This document shows, piece by piece, positions 54,495-64,000 of a stretch of DNA of 64,000 nucleotides. How positions within the stretch are numbered: the first letter of the stretch is position 1; every line of letters begins with the position of its first letter. The DNA is from Squalus acanthias. Its lineage: Eukaryota. Location of the stretch: assembly GCA_030390025.1 (NCBI GenBank), contig CM059427.1, positions 22,568,001 through 22,632,000 on the forward strand, in the 5' to 3' direction. The notes beneath the pieces were generated by a model. That model was given only the letters and a program-made list of their open reading frames with translations, was not told where the DNA came from and did no database searches. The position numbers and the translations under genes were made by a program.

Positions 54495-54570
54495 ACCACA
54501 TGACTACTGAGCCAATGGAATTTGAAAATGGCCTTGAAGCACTACCTCCCCGCACATCACATGATCCGCA
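54495..54570 (-). promoter_or_regulatory. HoxD10 proximal promoter
   Basis: CCATTGGCTCAGTAGTCATGTGG (CCAAT plus E-box) about 100 nt upstream of the ATG. Confidence 0.65.
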
Positions 54571-57500
54571 GTCAGTTGAATTTGATCTTAACTGTGGACA
54601 ACAGCGACACCTACACCACCCATTGAAAGTGGCGTCCGCTCCAGCTCGGTGCAATCCCCGCACAGACCCCGACTCAAACCCATCAACACATTCACACTTT
54701 ATGCTGTTTAATCTCATCCCAGCCATCAACAGGAAAATAATTAGCACTCGGTTTTTATTCTGTTTGCTAAAATGCCGCAAGCTTTTTTGATAAAACAAAA
54801 AGGAAATCCGTCGAAGAAAAAAACAAATTGCAGCAGTTTCTGACCATCGGGAATTACAAAGGTAGTTACTGATATTATAGAAAACGTCGGTGCAATGAAA
54901 CGAATGCAGAGCAGGTTTATGATGTGGGATATCTTTGTAGTTTCGGGAATCCCGGCGCTGCGAGGGGGCAATCCATTGTGTGCATTCTGCACATTACGTC
55001 ATTTACATGTATAACCAGCCGGGCCATGCACTTTGTTTTGATATAAAACAAACGTTTTGTGAAATGAATGAATGGATTCAAAATCTTGCACACTTATCGG
55101 TATTCATGGGTAGATTTCTTGCTCTTATATAACTAAATTATACTCTATGTTGCGGCTGCAAATACGTAAGAGTATTTTATTGTACAATAAACCCAATCTT
55201 CATGAGTAAAATTGATCGTTACGAGTGCCCATAACAGAGTTCGCATTTTGAATTATTGTAAGCTACCTCACGCCCTGAACGCCTATTCTTTCCATTACAA
55301 AATATCTACAGTAGTTAGAGTGCAGACACTGATGTAAATATCACACACTTCTATACTGTTTGCACAGACATCTTCCAAGATTTAAGACTGTGGCTGAGAA
55401 AGAGCAGCATTTCCGATTCTTGCTATTAATTCGGGGGTTTGACCTTTAATAAGGACTATTGGCGTTGATAGTTTATTACCTTGTCCTAAAAACCCAATTT
55501 AACGTTGGGCTTCTGCTGCAGGTGGGTGGTTTCGCTGTTGATAATCGACAGAAACATTGTCCAAAATAGGCCGGAAATGTTTCTGCACTCAATGGTCAAA
55601 ACATCGTGAAAAACAACGGAAAGGCACACAGCATGTTCGCCTGCTTTCCAACGCTAGCAGTGGTGGTACTAGTTGTTTTCAGGATTCAGCTTGGCTGATG
55701 GGGTTGGCTTCTTGTGCTGCAACCATGTCCAAGTGGTTTTCCGAACTTTCTGAGTATCTGGAGGCAATTTGCCATTTAACAGCACATGTTCTCGCCCGGC
55801 CATTGGGAGAACCCGCTAGGGTTTAAGAAAATACAAATAACGACAAGCATCAGCTATGGAGGAGCAATTTGACATCCACACAAAACTAACACGAAGAACT
55901 GAGAAGGCGACAGTGTCAGGGTCAAGGCTGCCACGGTGGCCGCATTTCTTTTATTTTTTTGCAATGTAAATGTAATCTTCGGAAATTGTTTCAGAATAAT
56001 GTAAATTTCAGTTTTGCACGAAACGTTTAAAATTCTACAACTATTGAAAATAAACAGAACATTAGCAAAAGTATAAGTATTTGTGGGACATGTAAGTTAG
56101 ACTTAAATGGATATAATCCTTTTAGTAGATAATTTGCCGCTGTTTATTTGCAAATCGTTATTTATGATTTGATAAGATTTTGTTGTCTAAATCTTTACAA
56201 TCAGCTCTACGGCGCCCCTGCATTTTAAGTTTCATGGTTGGTCTTTGTTAGCAGTTATTCTAAGCCAGAACGTAACTCCGTTCACAACGTCTTGATGTTG
56301 TGTAGCATATCTCACCCATACAAAATGTTGCTTCCAATAAGTATTTGTAGAGAAACGCAATTATTTGGATCCTAGAATGCTTATATTTCTCCAAAAATAT
56401 CACAATCCTGTTCCTAACAGCCAAACCTATCTTAGCGAAGGGCTCCAAAAGGCAGTAGAATTGGCTGTGAAATTCTTAAACTACTTTTCCTTCCGTGCAA
56501 AATAAGTTTACTAATTCTTTAAAATGACCTCAAAAGATGGGCGATATAACGGAGCAAGTAATACATCCAACTGAGACCGTCATACATTATTGATAAAGTT
56601 CATATTAATTTATTCAGCGTCTTGTCTTAATTACAAATGAGAGTAAACATGCTCTGATGTAAAACCAGTCTTCCAGGCAAGGGCAAGAGTAGCAGTACAA
56701 AGGGGAAAAAAATTGCTTTTCTAGGAATTTTGGAACCCTGGACGCATGTATGTGTAACATGAGTGAATACATGTAAAATACAGAAAAACTGATCGATACA
56801 ACGTTCTATCCATGTCTTCTTTATTATTTCCTCTGTCGACAATCCGCAACAGCCGTAAACCCTAAAGTCTACTCAACCTAAACATGAATGTAGTTTATAT
56901 CCCAGTAAAATAAAATACAAGCCACCCCCCACCAATACTGTTTTACTATTAATAATGGATACCATTCAATAAACACATGTAGATAGCACGACTATACCTG
57001 GAATAATATGATACTTAAATTACTGTTATAATTGGCTAATCTCTATGGTTTGCGTGTATAAGCAATGAGTTGTTGAACGAGAGCCAGTCGTGTGTTTTTA
57101 TTGCACAACGCCTCCTCATATTATAAAAAATATTCAGAATCATGGTGAACAAAATCAAACCGGCGGTGACTTTGCTTGTAAGCGATCAGAAGCAAATAAT
57201 CTAGCCGTAGTGATTTTGGACGTACTACAGACAAGAACCGATGCTGCACTATTTCAGACAACAGATGCTTCTTGCAGCCTTGAACGAGAGAAGTCTCAGC
57301 GCCGTGTGGCCTGCACAATAATAAACTGGTATTTATATACAAATTGCGATCTCAAATATACATAACCTTCCAAAGTCGAGATGTCTTGATCTTAGAATAG
57401 GCAACGCATAGCTCAAACGTGTTTTCACCATGAAGTCTTTCTTTTTCACTCAATACAAGGCATTTCGCTGCTCAGTAGCCGTGACTTGTGCCGGCCATTT

Positions 57501-60500
57501 ATTAGTCCCAGTTATTTGTTCTCACATTGTCCCGGCTAGGTTGAAGACAAGCAACATTAGTTACCGTAATATTACGTAGGGAGGCATAACCGCAGTACAT
57601 TTGTATTTATGTATATATTTATCAATTGTAAATTGCTATGCAGGAAACTTGTCAAATTTACAAAGCCACTTCAACATTCTCGTCTACATTTATTGCTTAT
57701 TTACACACGAGCTTGACGTTGATTGTATCAATATGTTTATTAAAACCAATGATAGCGGTTTAACGTATTAACCACCCTTAAGATTTCACTGCACCAATCT
57801 CTAGAAATTGCATGTCAAGTAAACAAAATAACTTAATTGTATCAAGAGGTTCTGTGTGATATACTATAATTGTTACTTTCAATGTACTCAAATAAAATTA
57901 TAAGTCTGTAAACCTGTATCATAAGATCCCTGGTATGACAAAAAACTCATAAAATATTACGACTGCAGACACACTAGAATTAACGGCTATGAAATCTTTG
58001 AACTATAAAGTGTCCTGGTATGCAGAGGAGAAGATTACAATATCAAACACAGTTATCATCAGGGTACACTCAACTCACGCAGAGCCAAGTTTTAGCAAAG
58101 GAAAGCTTGTATTAATAGCAACTAGAAAGTGGGCTGACTGATTAGTCTCCGAACGACACTTTAATGTTTAATAACGTAGTTATAAGCTGTTTATGGGAGA
58201 AGTGTTACATACAATCCTCCTTAAATTAGTTCTAATGATGGAGCTTAATTAAAACCTCGTAATACTTTAAAGCGCCAATGCGGAATGTGATTTGCTGGAA
58301 GGATTTTATATAAGGGAAGCTCAATGAATATTAGATTTAAACAGGAACATGAAGGCAATAGTGTTACATTTGCAGGGATTTACAATATAACATGAGGCAA
58401 CATTCCTCCTCCCCACGTATACACACGCCACCAACAACAACAACTCTCAAAATGAGACAAAATAATGGAAAGGACATTTGGCAAGTCCTTAAAAAATTTT
58501 GGTAGAACAATTTTAAATCACTGTAATGTCACAGCAAGTGTTTAGACAGAAAACAATGTTTCTTTGTTTGTTTTCCTTGTAACATTAACCAGGATGTTGT
58601 CCCTATGCTATGCTGGAGGCTCACAATTCTCCTTTTAAATTTCCCACTAGCCTAAACTGGTATGGTCTTGTGACCCTGAAACCGCCAGCCACTTGTATCC
58701 TTCACTTTCACCTTGACATTTTTTGAGCGTTTTGCCACATTTAGATCTCAAAATTACACAAAGAATGGGTGTCATCAGTTTCGGCCTGCGCTTTTGTTTA
58801 TAGTTTATCAAATAAATGTAGAAAAGATTGAATGAAACATCCCTTCCTGTCTGAATATTCAATAAACATCCGGTTAAAATGCACGCAAAGCTCTCGTCAG
58901 CCTAACTGTGTTTGCCACCACAGTTGTCTATAGCAAAACTTTGCTTTAATGTTACCACCTGCAGATACTTCGGAAATATTTTTGGTCACTAATCGTTTTC
59001 AGTTAAATTGTGAGTGAAAGCCAAATTATAGTGTACACGACCGCCGCTTTCATTATGCCTTACTACAAATTGCAAATTACTAGCAACAGAGTCCAACATA
59101 TTTAAATCACTTCACTCCTTGTCACATTAAATAAACTGTTCTGATCTTTGCTATCAGTAAACGATCACGGGTATCAGTTAGCAATTACACGTATCGGAAT
59201 ATTAGCCTTCCTATGTTTTAAATTATATGCGTCCGTGCATTCGTGGCTACGTCTGAGTAAAATTAATGCAATATTATTGTCATCTTATAAAATAAATAGG
59301 CAGGAATAATGAACTCTTTAAAACAGTTTTTCGTCATTTAAATTTTTTTTAAAAACTAGTATTCTACAAGCACAAAAAAACAAAAGTTCCCAACACAATT
59401 CGACTGAAGTGTACGGAACTGAAGGGAGGATAGCTGACAAGAATAAACACGCCAGCCTTGTCACGAGAAAGTTAAACACATCCAGGCAATGAGCTTATGT
59501 TCTCAAATCTTCTTTAGGGCAAATAGGAAATTAAAAGCAAAACGGCCCAATTAATACACAACCTCCGTGACGTTGGAGCGGGTATTAGTGCCATTTACTA
59601 TGATCAGTCGCTTTCGACTATTTAGAAATATGTTGCAAATGTGTGCTAATTCTGTTTTACAACAGATTAAAGCTTATCTCCTTGCATACAATATAACATT
59701 ACAAATTTCTGAAACCATTTCTCATAAAAGAGATGAAAATTCTACACATTAAGTATGTTCAGCGGGTTGTATCGTTGAATGGTTCACAGAACATTGCCGT
59801 CAAATATCCCTTGTTTCCATTCTCTTTGACAAAATGCGTTAGTTATTAATTTTTCTCGCCAAAGTAAATATTTCTTACTTTTTTTCACTTCTACAAAAGA
59901 ACGTAGGAATTTAACAGGCAAAAACGATGTAAACGGCGTTCCATGTCAATGTTTTAAAACAACCAATACAATGGTTAAACATAACGTCATTATCGAGGTG
60001 AAATGTAGAGCCTGAAATATTATTTGATTGTCCAATACGTCATTTCATAATCTTGTTAAATCTGTCTGGATTCGGAGAAGCTGTAAGGAGGAAGCAGTGC
60101 TTAGAAAGGGCTGATTCAGATACTGAGCTGCCATTTAAGCAGACCATATCGCCAGGTTGTGAATATAGCTATTTAGCATTTTTTTCAACGTTGGCTGTTT
60201 GATTTAACAATTTCCGCCTATTGTTAAATTGTTTAACATCGTTTTTCAAATTAGCGGCAATATATTCCCCTTAGTTTACTCTACACATTTACAATGTTAT
60301 TTGGGTTGTTGAAGAAATAATACACCAAGTCTGATTGATTTCTGTGTTGTACGTTACCAAACCTTTGTTTCGGCCCCATTACTTTGTAACTTCGTGTATT
60401 CTGCACCCAACAAATCCGATCAACAAGTTTAAGAGAATATACTGAGTAACGTCTAACAAATCTCTCCAAATAACGTCATTGGAAAGTGATTTTTATTTAT

Positions 60501-60772
60501 CTTGGACTTATTACGACAAGAAAGTAACGCCTTAATCTTTGAAGCGAGCAATAATCCAAATGAATTTACGAGTGCAATGAACTGTCTTGTATTTAAGTCA
60601 CTAGTATCTTATTTAATTCCATACTTTGACATAATATTTCAGATATATGACCGCAACAAGGAGAACTTTATCGTTCGTAATACTTACATTATTTCAGTTA
60701 ATTTCATGTTCATCCCTGAAAGCCATTACCACAGACCTCGATTGCTGGGCTGGGCTGGGCCGCGGAGCTGCA

Positions 60773-60791
60773 GTGCGCCGCCGTGTGGCTA
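60773..60791 (-). promoter_or_regulatory. Candidate CTCF site between HoxD11 and HoxD10
   Basis: Minus strand AGCCACACGGCGGCGCAC versus consensus GGCCACCAGGGGGCGC, in a local GC-rich island. Confidence 0.5.
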
Positions 60792-62257
60792 TTTGCAGAA
60801 TCAACTATCGCTGGCAATGTTAAGAGTGTCACTGTAAACGCTCTTTGCTGTTTTGTCACTTTTTTAACGAGCCTAATCAAATTATAAATGTTATGGGTAA
60901 TTAAAGTAAGATATGCAGTAAAATCGTACTTAGATCAGTATTGTGCGTTACAAGGATACAGAGAAAGTCGAACGGTCAGACTTGCATTGGAAATTTCAAC
61001 TATTGAGTCGTAAATTACATTTTCTCCCATTTCCATGGTAACCGAGACACTCGTGGGTGATTGGTATAGTGTATGAACATTTGATGAACATTTTTGACTA
61101 GTTCAGCTCGTATGTGAACAACCTGTATGGAAAGATATGTTTCCTATAAATTAAGCATAGAAGAACAAAGGAGTGTTCGTAATTATTTATGTTGTGCAAA
61201 AAGACTTTGCAAAGTATTGCTGAATGAAACTTTTGAAAAGCACAAATACTCAGTTAAAATAGAGACTTTTTAAGGAAGGGCCATTTTTCACATTTGACTG
61301 AATGTGTCCTTAAGCATGCGCACTTTAGTAGCATGTTCTAGATGTTGAAGTTTCTGTTTTACTTTAGGAGGGAAGCTGCAAGAACAACCCAACAGCCACC
61401 AGGCGCCTATGTCTTCAAAAAGGTTAAAGGTGATGACCTTGACATTATAGAAGTTCAAAGGCAACATTATAAGAATTCTCTTTACAAAATATACTTTAGT
61501 ATGCTCACAAGGCGATGCTACATTTTCAGTATCACCCTGGTCTTCCTTAAGTTAAACAGATTTGTTTGATGTAATGTATGTGAGCTCCAGATTTTATTTT
61601 ACTTTTTCAAATGTTGGACGTTATAAATTTAATTGACTTTGTGTTTTTCTTCCTTTTTAAAATCTTCTAGTCAGTCCTATTGACTTTGATTTCCCTCGAT
61701 CCTTTTGTTTGGTGTATAGTGCGGAAGCCTTTCTTAGTGACTGGAAGGTGTAATAAGTCGCCATTAAGCTGTTTAGAGCAGTGAACTTTACGATGTTGTC
61801 TAGACAGTTCAAGGTTTTGTAAACAACAATGCTATGTCATGCGGCACGGAAATTTGGCAATTCTTTTTCGAAAAGAAACTTAAGCGTTTTGAGAAGCTGT
61901 GTTACAGAGACACCGAGGTGAGCTTCAAGTTGTCATATTTTATTTATAAATAAGTGCTCCTCTTCTGCCGGAGTTCAGTTTATTTTTGAATATACGCTGC
62001 CATTTGTTTTTTTTTTCTTACCATACAATCGAAATAGATTCATCAATTAATTTTCAGATATAAATATATTTAATTGAAATATGTAAAAAGCAAATTGCAA
62101 TTAGCTATCATGTTTATAGGTAAAACATCAGGCCAACATTCGCCTTTTCCTTTTAAACAGAAACATTCATTTGGGTGCGTTCATTTTTGTATTTTAGTAC
62201 ACTAGAAACTATTTCTTAAATGGCTAGTCGTGCAGACGCATAATACACGAGCCAGGG

Positions 62258-62375
62258 ACAGTAAACTGCAACATAAACAGAAAATGCTGGAAATGCTCAG
62301 CAGGTCAGGCAGCATCTGTGATATTTCAGGTTTCCAGCATTCGCAGTATTTTGCCTTTTGTACAGTAAACTGCAA
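62258..62375. mobile_element. Short (90 bp) retroelement-derived insertion with 14-bp target-site duplication
   Basis: ACAGTAAACTGCAA at 62258-62271 and 62362-62375 flanks AACAGAAAATGCTGGAAATGCTCAGCAGGTCAGGCAGCATCTGTG...TTTCCAGCATTCGCAGTATTTTG. This resembles an abundant shark interspersed repeat (recalled, family uncertain). Confidence 0.8.
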
Positions 62376-63144
62376 TGTTTGCTTTTCATTGTATTTCAGA
62401 GATCAACAATATTTGTATCATTTGTAGCCATTGGTGACATTCTGTATTAGGTCTGCTTAAATAAACTCAAATAGTCTTTCATTTTTTTTATTTACAACAT
62501 TTCATATAAGGCTTTTATTGATTTGAGTAAAAACACATTCTAACACGTGGTTACCATGAAATGTCAACTAGTTTGTAACCTTAAAACAGAATTATTAACA
62601 TTACAACTGCTTTAGACATCTCTAGCTACGGTATGTTATAGTTAACTGATGAAATACAATGGAAAAAGTAAAATAATAAATATGCATTTCTTCTTTTCAT
62701 GAGAATACACACAACTTGAACAATTTTGGTTAGTTTGGCTAAAAACAGCAAAAGAAAATACTATATTATCTGATTGACCCATCGCTGTGAACGAACGATT
62801 GTTCTATTTCAGCCCTCTATTACCCCGGTTTATCGTTTAAAATGAGCACACTGCTCCCTTTTGCCCTGAATAGCCCGCAGAACCAAGCTTCTTCCGTTGG
62901 AACTGAATAACACAAATGCTGAGGTAAGAATGTTCCTTAATAAACATTACGCCCATGTTTCCTGCACAACCGTGTCACCTTAAATCTGATTCTACGTCAA
63001 TCGTAATAAGGACAGTCTGGTTTCCACATAAGAACGGCAGAACTGTCCCCTCATTCTTGCAGTCCCTCCTTGTGTAAATAAATATCGACTAAGGCAATGG
63101 ATAGTTGGTCGAAGAGAATCCATCAGAGTAAGCTGTATTCATAG

Positions 63145-63377
63145 TCACAATAAAGGGTTACCAGTAAAAAAGTGCAGGCGGTCTCTGCTAAGTTTCTTTT
63201 CTTTCATTCTTCGATTCTGGAACCAGATTTTGACTTGTCGGTCGGTGAGGTTTAACATTCTCGACAACTGCAGGCGTTTTTCTTTGTTTATGTAGACATT
63301 GAAGAAAAACTCTCGTTCAAGTTCCCGGATTTGATATTTGGTATAAGGACATCTTTTCTTTCTGGATCGCAGAGCAG
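63145..63377 (-). CDS. HOXD11: Hox-D11 exon 2 (homeodomain)
   Basis: Translated by hand: [77 protein letters not shown]. Acceptor CCCATCAG|. Confidence 0.96.
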
Positions 63378-63940
63378 CTGATGGGAATATGTTAAAACAT
63401 AATGTTACACATTATCATATACCAACAGGCGTGTTCTTACTTTCTTGTACTTAGTTAAACTAAACGTGAAACGATGCAAAAAAAGTTCGTGATTGACTCT
63501 TCTAATATACCCTGATAGCACTATTTATTTCTTCATAAAGTTTTTTTAATGAATATATTTGATTGCATTTTCTTTTACGACTTTTGTTTTTGTTTATATA
63601 CATATTGAAAGCAACAATAGCAGAAAACATCACAAATGAAACCTTGCCTTGTTGATATGAACGAAAAGTATTTGCAATGAATAGAAACGGAAATACCCTC
63701 CGATCAAATTGCAATGACATTACCGAAATCATTGCAGAAAGTTAAAATCAACTATTCGTGATTTTGCAGATTCAAAAAGCCCACCTAAACTGATTTCCCA
63801 TCGTAAACAACCTTTACAACTTTAAAGCAGATCTTATAGGGTATATAAAATCCTTCGTCTGCTTATAAAATTTCACATAAAATCTGTGAGACAAAATGTG
63901 TTGGCCCTGTATTCTAACCCCGGGTTACTACTGCACCTAC

Positions 63941-64000
63941 TGGATAGGCTGCCTTTCTCGGCCGCACTGTTACCGGAGGATTCGACGGTGCTCTTTTCGG
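63941..64000 (-). CDS. HOXD11: Hox-D11 exon 1, 3' end (truncated by window edge)
   Basis: Open frame EKSTVESSGNSAAEKGSLS, then phase-1 donor A|GTAGGT compatible with exon 2. Confidence 0.8.

Noticed and set aside
55300-62200. Hoxd11 regulatory regions VIII/IX expected in the D11-D10 interval
   Set aside because: I cannot assign coordinates reliably from sequence alone.

Overview
Eukaryotic, vertebrate DNA: the central part of a HoxD cluster, with all genes on the minus strand. From low to high coordinates the window holds HoxD3 (coding exon 1 only), HoxD4, mir-10b, HoxD5, HoxD8, HoxD9, HoxD10 and HoxD11 (exon 2 plus the 3' end of exon 1). An intact HoxD5 and a shark-type short repeat point to a cartilaginous fish. 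Nearly all other ORFs in the track are spurious. The non-coding DNA holds three DR5 RAREs, the Hox4 intronic HB-1-type element, several orphan Hox-type promoter cassettes followed by splice donors, candidate CTCF sites and a near-perfect miR-196 site in the HoxD8 3' UTR. The most interesting signals lie in the gene-free D8-D5 gap: a recognisable fossil of HoxD7 (promoter, 5' UTR, decayed exon 1), an orphan promoter/exon, and a weaker possible HoxD6 homeobox trace. A paralogue of the Hoxc8 early enhancer appears upstream of HoxD8. All cross-species comparisons are from memory and need alignment to confirm.
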